Part shown: positions 37,575-47,299 of the stretch, piece after piece
Position numbering within the stretch: the stretch's first letter is position 1
Layout of the letters: every line of letters begins with the position of its first letter
Origin: Mustelus asterias
Taxonomy: Eukaryota
DNA length: 64,000 bases
Assembly: GCF_964213995.1 (NCBI RefSeq)
Contig: NC_135803.1
Coordinates: forward strand, 127,658,001-127,722,000
Reading direction: 5' to 3'
Notes under the pieces: generated by a model
What the model was told of the DNA's origin: nothing
The model's database searches: none
The model's input: the letters and a program-made list of their open reading frames with translations, nothing else
Made by a program: the position numbers and the translations under genes

Positions 37575-38935
37575 CAGAGGTTTACAGCATGGAGCCAGGC
37601 CCTTTTGCCCAACTTGTCCATGCTGCCTTTTTACCACTAAGCTAGTCTCAATTGCCTGAGTTTGGCCCATTTCCCTCTATACCCATCTTACCCATGTAAC
37701 TGTCTACATGCTTTTTAAAAGACTAAATTGTACCTGCCTCTACTACTACCTCTGGCAGCTCATTCCAGACACCACCCTTTGCGTGGAAAAAATGCCCCTC
37801 TGGACCCTTTTGTATCTCTCCCCTCTCACCTTAAAACTCATCCTCTAGTTTTAGACCCGCCTACCTTTGAGAAAAGATGTTGGCTATTTTACCTATGCCC
37901 CACATTATTTTATAGACTTCTATAAGATCACCCCTAAGCCCCCTACACTCCAGGGAAAAAAGACTCAAGTTTATCCAGCTTCTCCTTATAACTCAAATCA
38001 AGTCCCAGTAGCATCCTAGTAAATCTTTTCTAGTTTAATAATATCCTTTCTATAATAGGGTGACCAGAACTGTAAACAGTATTCTAAGTGTGGCCTTGCC
38101 AATGTCTTGTACAACTTCAACAAGAGGTTCCTACTCCTGTATTTGATGTTCTGACCAATGAAACCAAGCATGCCAAATGCCACCTTCACCCTGTCCACTT
38201 TCAAGGAGCTTTGAACCTGTACCCCATGATCTTTGTTCTGTAACTCTCCCCAACACCCTACCATTAACTGTGTGAGTCCTGCCCTGTTTCGATTGATCTA
38301 AATTAACCTCCCATCTGCCATTCATCAGCCTGCTAGCCCAATTGATCAAGATCCCGTTGCAATCTTAGATAACCTTCAATGTCCATTATGCCACCAATCT
38401 TGGTGTCATCTGCAAACTTCCTAACCATGCCTCCTAAATTTTCATCCAAATCATTAATATAAATGACAAATAACAGTGGACCCAGCACGGTGTCCCGGAG
38501 GACACTGCTAGTCACAGGCCTCCACTTTCAAACACAACCCTCTACAACCACACTCTGTCTTCTGTCATCAAGCCAATTTTGTATCCAATTGGCTACCTCA
38601 CCCCGGATCCTATGAGATTTAACCTTATGCAACAACTTGCCATGCGTACCTTGTCAAAGGCCTTGCTAATGTCCATGTAGACAACATCGACTGCACTACC
38701 CTCATCTACTTTCTTGGTTACCCCTTCAAAAACTCAATCAAATTTGTGAGACATGATTTTCCACTCTCAAAGCTATGCTGACTGTCCCTAATTAGCCCTT
38801 GCCTGTCTAAATGCCTGTAGATCTTGTCTCTCAGAATACCTTCTCTACAGATGTTAGGCCCACTGGCCTGTAGTTCCCAGACTTTTCCTTGCCGCCCTTT
38901 TTAAACTAAGGCACAACAATTGCCACCCTCCAATT
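37575..38935 (-). mobile_element. CR1 LINE, 5'-truncated, decayed RT
   Basis: ORFs 38333..38515 (VLGPLLFVIYINDLD..KFADDTK) and 38016..38264 (LYKTLARPHLEYCLQFWSP). Confidence 0.9.
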
Positions 38936-40648
38936 TATGGGAGTTGTTGGGCACTGGAAATGGAGATAGAAGTCAAGGAAAATGGTTGTTGGAGGCCAAA
39001 CCTCTCCGCCCCATTTTCTTTATTAGTGTCACAAGTAGGCCTACTGCAATGAAGTTATTATGAAAATCCCCGAGTTGCCACACTCTGGTGCCTGTTTGGG
39101 TACACTGAGGGAGAATTTAGCATAGCAAATGCACCTAAGTAACACATCTTTCAGACTGTAGGAGGAAACTCATGGACAGAAATTGCAGATTCTGCACCGA
39201 CAGTGACCCAAGCTGGGAATCAAATCTGGGTTCCTGGTGTTGTGAGGCAGTAGTACTAACCGCTGCCACCCTTTCACTGCAGGAGTTCCTAATGTGATCT
39301 TGTGCCAAATCATACTCATCTGCTTCATCAATGACCTTTCCTCCATCATCATAAGGGTATGTTCACTGATGATGACAGTTTTCAGCTTCACTCAATTCGC
39401 CAAATAATGAAGCCATCTATGCCCACATGCAGCATGATCTGGCTTTGGTTGAGAAGGGCAAGTAACATCTGCACCACAAAAATGTCAGACAATGACCATA
39501 TCCACCAAGAGTTTACTTTCTCCTGATTACATTCAATATTGTTACCCTCACTGAATCCTCCACTATCAGTATCCTGGCAGTTACCAACAGTTGGAACTTA
39601 CTGTGGCTACAAGAACAGGTCAGAGGTTGTGCCCAGTGACCTGTCAAAGCCTTTTCATCATCTGGAAGGCTTAAGTCAGGAGTCTGAGAATGGTTCCACT
39701 CACCTGGATGAGTGCAGCTTCAGAAACATTCAAGCTGAACACCATCCCAGACAAATCTGCCCACTTGATCGGTATCACCTTACACATTTGCTCCTTTCAT
39801 CATCCATTTATTTTGGCTGTAGTGTGTACCATCTACAAGATGCAATGCAGTAAGTACCAAGGCTTCTTTGACAATAGCTACCAATGACATGATCTATACT
39901 GTGTAGAAGGGTAGCAAGTGAATGGGAGCACCTGAATACTCATCACAAGCTATCTGACTTGGGAATGTATTGCTATTTCTTCACCACTGCTGGATCAAAC
40001 TCCTGGAACTCTCAATCCAACTGCACTGGGTGGACAATAAATGCTGGCCTTGCCCATGGCAACAAAATCCATCAATGAGTTTTCTTCTTAAATTGCAGTA
40101 AACTAAGATTGTATAATCTGGTGACAAAATATGCACGTGAATTGGTGAGGAAGGAAGAGGTCATTAAAGATGTTGGGAAAGAACTTAGAAATACAAGATA
40201 ACATCAAGTCTGCCCTTGTCCTTCGGGAGGAGCCGAACTGACGTCAAAATAAGCTTGTTAATAATGGGGGTTGATATTGAGTTCAATAAAGGTGTTGGAT
40301 CAAGAAATGGTTTGATTGTATTTTCCTGTATGTGTGCATAGAGTTGTGAGTTATTAATAAACAATCATTGTTCAACTCATACAAGCCTGTAAGACCTCTT
40401 CATAAGACAACATCTAACCTTACAACAATCATCTTAGCTGTGCCAGCAAGTTGTTGTTTCGCTGACTTATTTCAATTGGATGCGGAAAGACCTGCCAAAA
40501 GTTTTCCAAAGCAGGAAATGATGTACAGCTGAGCACAAAAATTGACTATTTGTAAACCACAATGTATGCAATGTGACTGGTATATAACTGTATGGAGGGA
40601 TCCCAGTCACAGGTTTAGCGGAGCAGTTGGCCAGAATTCACTGACAAA

Positions 40649-41375
40649 TGCACCGCCTTTTTATTTCCTTTCGGTACTTTAATTCTAATCCAAAAAGCTA
40701 GTACAAATTAAGTCCAATCATGGTCCCCACATGAGGGACAAACCAGATCCAAGCTGACAAGACATTGCATCCATCTTGGGTTTGATCTTATGGATGCACC
40801 ATGAAAAGCATCCTTTACAGATGTATCACAGCTTGGTATGGCTCCTGCTCTGACCAAGACCACGAGAAACTACAGAGTTGTGAAAGTAGTGCAGTCCATC
40901 ACGCAAATCAGCCTCCCATCCATTGATTCCGTCTACACTTCCCGCTGCCTCTGAAAAGCAGCCAGCGTAATCAAGGACCCCATGCATCCTGAACATTCTC
41001 TCTTCCACCTTCCTCCATTGGGAAAAAGATACAAAATTCAAAGGTCATGTGCCAACCGACTCAAGAACAGCTTCTTCCCTGCTGCCATCAGACCTTTGAA
41101 TGGACCTCTCTTATATTATGTTGATCTTTCTCTGTACCCTAGCTCTGACTGCAACACTATATTCTGCACCTTCTCCTTTCCTTCTCCCCTATATACTCTA
41201 TGAATGGTATGCTTTATCTGTGGAGGGCACAAGAAACAATACTTTTCACTGTATCCCAATACATGTAACAATAATAAATCAAATCAAACAAGATCCAAGC
41301 TGACAGGACGAGGCATTGCACCCCCTCCCAGGCTTGATCTAACGCTTCATCTTAGCCAAAAGGCCGAGATGGCTT
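40649..41375 (-). pseudogene. U2 snRNA-derived element with internal duplication, split by a LINE fragment (40791-41288)
   Basis: Minus strand TCTCGGCCTTTTGGCTAAGATGAAG (41369-41345) matches the U2 5' end; distal part has stem IIa/IIb-like hairpins, TTTTTGGA and GTACC..AGGAA..CGGTGCA resembling the U2 3' end. Confidence 0.75.
40791..41288 (+). mobile_element. Rex1/Babar-like non-LTR retrotransposon 3' fragment
   Basis: Remnant ..ITAWYG..., HPEHSLFHLPPLGKRYK..NRLKNSFFPAAIRPLN; tail ACAATAATAAATCAAATCAAA. Confidence 0.75.
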
Positions 41376-41449
41376 TGAAAAATTGCATCAGGTAAAGCCT
41401 CGGTTTAACCTGAGGTTTAACCTCAGTGACTACCCTGTTCCTTTACTTT

Positions 41450-41577
41450 ACCCTATCGTGGGAAAACCACCATCGCAGGTATCAGCACACCCCTAGTGCA
41501 ATGGGCCAGTCTGGTGCCTTGCTTGATCATTGACTCTCCCCCCCCCGCCGCCGCCGCCGCCGCCGCCGCCGCCAGCC
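41450..41577 (-). pseudogene. U1 snRNA-derived sequence with (GGC)n expansion near its 5' end
   Basis: Minus strand CTGGC(GGC)n..GGGGAGAgtcaATGATCAaGcAAGG...CCATTGCACTaggGgTGTGCTGAtaCCTGCGAT..GGTGGTTTTCCCA versus U1 CTGGCAGGGGAGATACCATGATCACGAAGGTGGTTTTCCCA...CCATTGCACTCCGGATGTGCTGACCCCTGCGAT. Confidence 0.7.
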
Positions 41578-41594
41578 TGGTCCCCTACCTGACC

Positions 41595-41796
41595 GCGGAC
41601 TCTCCCCGCCCCGACCTTCCCACTGCCTGACTGCAGACTCTCCTCCACCCCGCGCCCCCCGGTGAGCATTCACCGCCGGAAGTAGCTAGGCCGGGCCGGA
41701 AGCGCCGTCTCCATGGTAACCAGGTTGTTTGGGCCGGCGGAGAGAGCGGGACAGGTCCAGGATCCAGGATCACACACCCAGTCCCTCAGTGTGAGT
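41595..41796 (+). promoter_or_regulatory. DNAH12 CpG-island promoter and non-coding exon 1 with RFX X-box
   Basis: X-box GTCTCCATGGTAAC (41707-41720), ETS CCGGAAGT (41676) and CCGGAAGC (41696), GC box CCCCGCCCC, donor gtgagt at 41791. Confidence 0.75.
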
Positions 41797-42121
41797 CTCT
41801 GGGCAGCCATCCCGGTGGCGGTGGCGGTGGCGGGGGCGGGCGGGCGGGGGTCTTCAAACCTTTCGGGCAGTTAGCTCAATCCACCATAAATCTCGGTTAA
41901 AGAAGAGGCCGATTGTGGAGGAGCATGAATCGGTGCAGAGACCAAGTCAAAGTGTCTCTCTGTCTTCTCCCTCTCTCCAAAAGACAATATCCTGGTGATT
42001 TATACAGCCAAGCATTACTGTCGGACATATCTGTAATTCTGATTGCAGGATGGTGAGATAAGTCATTTCTCTGGGGCGTGCATTTGTTTAAAGTTTATGT
42101 TACTTTTATCTGCAATATGCA

Positions 42122-42760
42122 TAAACTTTATTTATTAGTGTCACAGTAGGCTTACATTAACATTGCAGTGAAGTTACTGTGAAAATCCCCTAGTCACCAC
42201 ACTCCGGCGCCTGTTCGGGTATCATAGAAATCATAGAAACCCTACAGTGCAGAAGGAGGCCATTCGGCCCATCGAGTCTGCACCGACCACAATCCCACCC
42301 AGGCCCTACCCCCACATATTTACCCGCTAATCCCTCTAACCGACGCATCTCAGGGGCAATTTTTAACCTGGCCAATCAACCTAACCCGCACATCTTTGGA
42401 CTGTGGGAGGAAACCGGAGCACCTGGAGGAAACCCACGCAGACACGAGGAGAATGTGCAAACTCCACACAGACAGTGACCCAAGCCAGGAATTGAGCCCG
42501 GGACCCTGGAGCTGTGAAGCAGCAGTGCTAACCACTGTGCTACCGTGCCGCCCTAGTACGCAGAGGGAGAATTTTTTTAGCACGGCCAATGCACCTAACC
42601 AGCACGTCTTTTGGACTGCGGGAGGAAACTGGAGCACCCGGAGGAAACCCACGCAGAGAACGTGCAGACTCCACACAAATAGTGACCCATGCCAGGAATC
42701 GAACCCGGGTCTCTGGCACTGTGAGGCAGCAGTGCTAACCACTGTGCCACCATGTCACCC
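42122..42760 (-). mobile_element. Nested SINEs: CR1-tailed HE1-like copy (about 42221-42553) inside an alternative-tail copy
   Basis: Two tRNA-like heads (ending 42553 and 42760); the outer body is interrupted at ...CTGTTCGGGTA | GTACGCAGAGGGAGAA. Confidence 0.85.
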
Positions 42761-43156
42761 ATAGCGAAAGTAGGGAGGTGATAAATATTTACAGTGGATT
42801 GAGCTACTAACTGACAGGGGAGGGAGGGGGACTTTCAATGGTTATTTCTGAAATTGATAACAACTTGGATAATAGTACGTCAAAATCCTGTTTTGCATCA
42901 CTCTGAGATTGTAGTTTCTTAATTTATTTTGATGCTCAAGATTCTCAAGCCTCTGGACATCAACAAGGCATGTCATCAGAATTGAGTCTTTAGGACTTAG
43001 ACTGATGCTTAAATACTGGTTTAAATTCAAAAGAGAGTGCAAGAAGTGTAGGATACTTAGTTTTGTAGTACCAAACCTTAAAAGTGACCCTCTTCCCCCC
43101 CACCCCCAACCATCTCCCACACATAGCATCCAATCAGCTCTAAAATGGTGCACCGG

Positions 43157-43476
43157 GTGGCACAGCGGGGGTGGCACAGTGGTTAGCACTGCTACCTCAC
43201 AGCACTAGAGAGCTGGGTTCAATTCCAGCTGTGGGTTACTGTCTGTGTGGAGTTTGCACTTGCTCCCCATGTCTGCGTGGGTTTCCTCCTGGTGCTCCAG
43301 TTTCCTCCCACAGTCCAAAGATGTGCAGGTTAGGTTGATTGGCCATGCTAAATTGACCCTAGTGTCAAAGGGATTAGCAGGGTAAATGAGGGTTACGGGA
43401 ATAGGACCTGGATGGGATTGTGGTCAGTACAGACTCGATGGGCCCATTGACCTACTTCTGTACTGTAGGGATTCTA
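43157..43476 (+). mobile_element. HE1-like SINE
   Basis: Full head, body and CR1-type tail. Confidence 0.85.
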
Positions 43477-44206
43477 AAATGACTCCAGGGGGTTCACTTA
43501 AACCATTTTTTAAGCAGCATTTCCACCAAGAGCATTCTCAAGGCAGTAAGGCAGTTACTGTGAATAGGAACTGCTGCTGCTGACTTTCAGGTAGCTTCAT
43601 GGTTTTCGGGTGGGGTTTAAAAAAAAATCAGAACTGCAAAGCTGCCTGTAGGTCGGACGCAGCAACTGCCAGTGAAACTGACCTGAAAGATCAACTTTAT
43701 AAAAAAAATCACAACTGTCAGCCTGACATGTTCAATTTTGTTTTTAAAGTTGTTCCTTTGGTCTGAAGCTCTGATCTCGCAGTCTAAGCAATGACAAGAT
43801 CCATTTACATCACCAAGCCCAGTTTCCTCCTTGCCCCTGGGCCCCGTGATTGGCATTGGGTGCACCCACCTCTCCCTGGCCCTGGTCCAAGATGCTGTCT
43901 TTGATGTCAAATTGAGGTCCCTTCTGTTCTCTCAGTTAGATGTAAAAGATCTTATGGCACTCTTTCAATGAAGGACAGGTCAATCAACATCACTGAAAAC
44001 AGATTATCTGATCATCATGTTGCTATTTATAGGAGCTTGCTGTATACAAATTGGCTGCCACATTTCCTACATTATACACTTTATTGAACTTTGGGAGGTC
44101 CTGAAGCCATGGAAGATGTTAAATGAAGGTCTTTCACACTGTTCATTTTTAAATGCTCTTTGGGGATAATCACATTATTTAGAATTACACTTTCCTATCA
44201 ATTTAG

Positions 44207-44376
44207 ATGAAAGCCTCGAAGAAAAGTGCCTGTGCACCAGAGTCTGAGAAAATTCGAACTCGATTGCCTCCTATATTTCCAACACCTGACTCAGTGCTGA
44301 ATAATGAATATTCTACAAGCAAACTCATGCATCACAGCTGGCACAAGTATCAGGAGCAGCTCCTTAGCAAGATTAT
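44207..44376 (+). CDS. DNAH12: Axonemal dynein heavy chain 12, first coding exon
   Basis: tttag|ATG AAA GCC...ATT AT|gtaagt; MKASKKSACAPESEKIRTRLPPIFPTPD...SKLMHHSWHKYQEQLLSKI, aligns with the recalled human start (LKLPPIVHLPE..SKLL). Model continues 45254-45344, 46838-46864, 51695-51884, 59770-59845, 63011-63169 and beyond the window. Confidence 0.82.
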
Positions 44377-45253
44377 GTAAGTTGAATGTTCTAATGTTGG
44401 ATGAGCAATGAATAGCTTCCTCAATTTCAGCATCCACATATTAACCCTATCATGTGATGCAGTTTGGATACATTGAGGGTGAATGTTCATAGGGGAAGCA
44501 AACCTTTCTGTGAGGTCGTGACTCCATTAATATACCCCACCTGATTTTCCTTTCCAATGATCTATTACGGTTTTAAGCTCCTACCAAAGTGGAATTTCAT
44601 CTTCACTGAGTTTAAACTCACAGCATTATTTAAGAAAGGATATATTTGCATTGAAGGCTTGAATGAAATTTCATTAGATTAGTCCCTGTTATGAAAGGGA
44701 TGTTCTATAATGAGAGGCTGAGTAAATTGGGTCTATATTTTTTATAGTTTAGAAGAATGAAAGGTTGAATGAAATTGAAATATACAAGATTCTGAAGGGA
44801 TTTGACAGAGTAGACGCTAAGAGTTTGTTTGCTCTGGGCTGGGAAATTTAGAACATGGGCCACAGACTCAGGAGAAGGAAACAATCATGTAGACTAAGAT
44901 ATGGAAAAATTCCTTCACTCAAAGGGTTGTGAATTTTGAAATTCTCTACTGGAGCTGGTTGTGGATGATCCATCATTGAATATATTTAAGGCTGAGATTG
45001 ACATATTTTTGATCTCTTGGGAAACCAAGGGATGTAGGGGCAGGGCAGAAAAGTGAAGTTGAAGCCTAAAATCAGCCAGGATCATATTAAATGCTGGAGT
45101 CATATTGTTTTCTGCCGCTCCTGGTCTTATTTTCTTATGATTCACCAAAAGACCATTTCATCGTGATTACGGGGTTAAACTGATGGATGCACCTACAAGG
45201 TGCAAAGAAGATTCATTGTAGGCTTGATATTTAATTGTTTTTATTATTCTCAG

Positions 45254-45344
45254 GATTGATGATGCACGCCGGGTTTATGAAGAAACAATGCATGAACTTG
45301 AGATGCAGGATCCGCTTCCTCCTGAGCCTCAGTGGCCTTCTACA
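45254..45344 (+). CDS. DNAH12: DNAH12 coding exon 2
   Basis: tctcag|G ATT GAT...TCT ACA|gtgagt; IDDARRVYEETMHELEMQDPLPPEPQWPST. Confidence 0.82.
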
Positions 45345-46064
45345 GTGAGTGTTTGTCTTTTGATAAAAGTCTTCAAAAATTGATTTTATGCTGCTGGACT
45401 TGCTTTTGAATTGACTTCAGTCGATCAGGTCAATTTCTTAATTAATTTAAACTGAATTAGGTGATGGAGTAATGTGAACAGGGGCGCCAATGGATGCAAA
45501 TGGCTGGGCACAATGTGATGACCACCCCCAAGGGGTACTATTGATGAAGTCTAACCTCAGAAGCACAGCCAGCTTTGTGGTGGAGAAGGAAATTTTGAAA
45601 GAATGTAAACAATTGTAAAAACCCCAGCGTATAGTGTTTCTGGGCACTCAAAGTCATTATGCACACAGACCATTTAGGCTTAAAGTTCCACAATCTTTTG
45701 CACTATTTTAATTCTTTTTGCCCAGATTCCATGGTGCTCTGGGGAGAAAATATGCAGAAATTTCATGCCTAAATGTTCCTTTGTATAGCTGACTGAACAG
45801 TAGTTTTGCAACCTGAAAAACTGTTCTGCTTATTTTTGATTTAAATGCACAAGTGATTTCTTCACTTGCAAGGCTTGTTTGAAATCTTTTTGTTCAGTTG
45901 CACAGGCGCAGTAGTTTAAAGGGGTTTGCAGGCCACACAGTTTATGGGGAACATTGCATCACATTTGTTCAGACTGCACAATGCAAATTCAGTTCAAAGC
46001 ATCATGACTCTAGGCAAAAATATCACGTCAAAACCTAAGCTTTTGCTTGCAGTTGATGATTTCT

Positions 46065-46505
46065 TGATAGCACTTTCATCTCTGAGTCAGAAGGTTGCGT
46101 GTTTAAATTCCAGTCCAGGCCTTGAATACAAACACTTATCATAGAATCATAGAACTTAGGCTGACATTCCAGTGTAGTACTGAGGGAGTGCTACAGTGTC
46201 ACTCTCTTTTGGAAAGAGCATGAAACCAAAGCTCTGTCAAATCCCTAAGGTACATGTAAAAGATTTTGTGGCACTATCTCAAAGACGAGCAGGGATGTTT
46301 TCACCAGTGACATGGGCAATAATTATGCCTTATTCAATTTCACCAAAAAAGATCATTTGATCATTATCAGATTGCTATTTGTGGGAGCTTGATATGTGTG
46401 TAAATTGCTGCATTTCCTACATTACCACAGTGACTCCATATGAAAGTATTAAATTGGTTGTTATGTATTTTGTGGTCACGAAAGGTGCCATATAAATGCA
46501 AGACA
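46065..46505 (+). mobile_element. Ancient Deu-domain SINE (SacSINE1/AmnSINE-like)
   Basis: TCTGAGTCAGAAGGTTG head; ATGTAAAAGATTTTGTGGCACTAT; TTGCTATTTGTGGGAGCTTG..AAATTG..TTTCCTACATTAC; ends ATATAAATGCAAG. Partial copy at 43915-44130. Confidence 0.65.
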
Positions 46506-46837
46506 CAAAAATAATTGAATGATTACATTTGATTATGTTATTCTGAAATATGCATTTTTGAATTTAAAATTATGCGCATTAAAGTCTTATTTTGGTTATT
46601 AGCAATTTCAGCTACTAATGGGAAATAGGTCATATAAAAAGCATACAAAAACATTTTGAGAGAATTGCAGGGACAAGGTGACCAGGGAACAAAAATACAG
46701 CAGACATAAATAAATATAGATGTCTGTTATGTTGTGAAATTGTCAACAATATATATTGTTAATTCTAATTGAAAATTTCTGTTGGTACGGTAAATATTAA
46801 AGAATTATTATAGATCCCAAATTTCTCTAACTTGCAG

Positions 46838-46864
46838 ATGAACAGCGAGGCAAAGCAGAAAAGG
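46838..46864 (+). CDS. DNAH12: DNAH12 coding exon 3 (27-nt microexon)
   Basis: ttgcag|ATG AAC AGC GAG GCA AAG CAG AAA AGG|gtaagt; MNSEAKQKR (recalled human MTSEMKKKG). Confidence 0.82.
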
Positions 46865-47299
46865 GTAAGTCCTGACTCTCATTGGAAAATATTGCTTCCA
46901 AAATAAAACATGGTGAAAATTAAACTAAATATTTTTCTTCCAAAGCTTATAACACAAATGTCTTGCTTAGCGTTGTTCTGTAGAAATCGCTGATGAGTAA
47001 CAGGACAGCTACAAGACGCCATTCTAGCCACATAATGCTTAATGTGTGATGTTAGATACCTGTGTTCACGCGCGTATTTACTTAACACGCATTTACCATC
47101 TTTCAGTCTGAAACATTGCAGTCTTTTTCTTTCATCAACCATTGGAAATAACATATCATGAATTTATCCATCACAATACACCTCAATGCAACTTCTAAGT
47201 TTCTATTCAGCAATTGAGGTTGATACCTGCTGCCTCCAGTGTGTTGGTTCCGGCGAGAAAAATGGAGTGAATCCTGCTGACGGTCCCAATGTAAATCCT

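Noticed and set aside
40171-40427. TGTTG...CAACA solo-LTR-like segment (similar candidates at about 13925-14414 and 58239-59138)
   Set aside because: LTR-like ends and signals but no matching TSD visible; not supportable without a repeat search.
41345-41375. Functional canonical U2 (or U1) snRNA gene
   Set aside because: The U2 branch-point pairing sequence and the U1 5' end are missing, the U2-like part is split by a LINE, and no clear PSE or 3' box was seen; kept only as derived sequences.
42350-42764. Recurring short ORFs such as MDCGRKPEH... and MVSTAASQ...
   Set aside because: Translations of SINE copies, not genes; the tRNA-like heads are not intact tRNAs.
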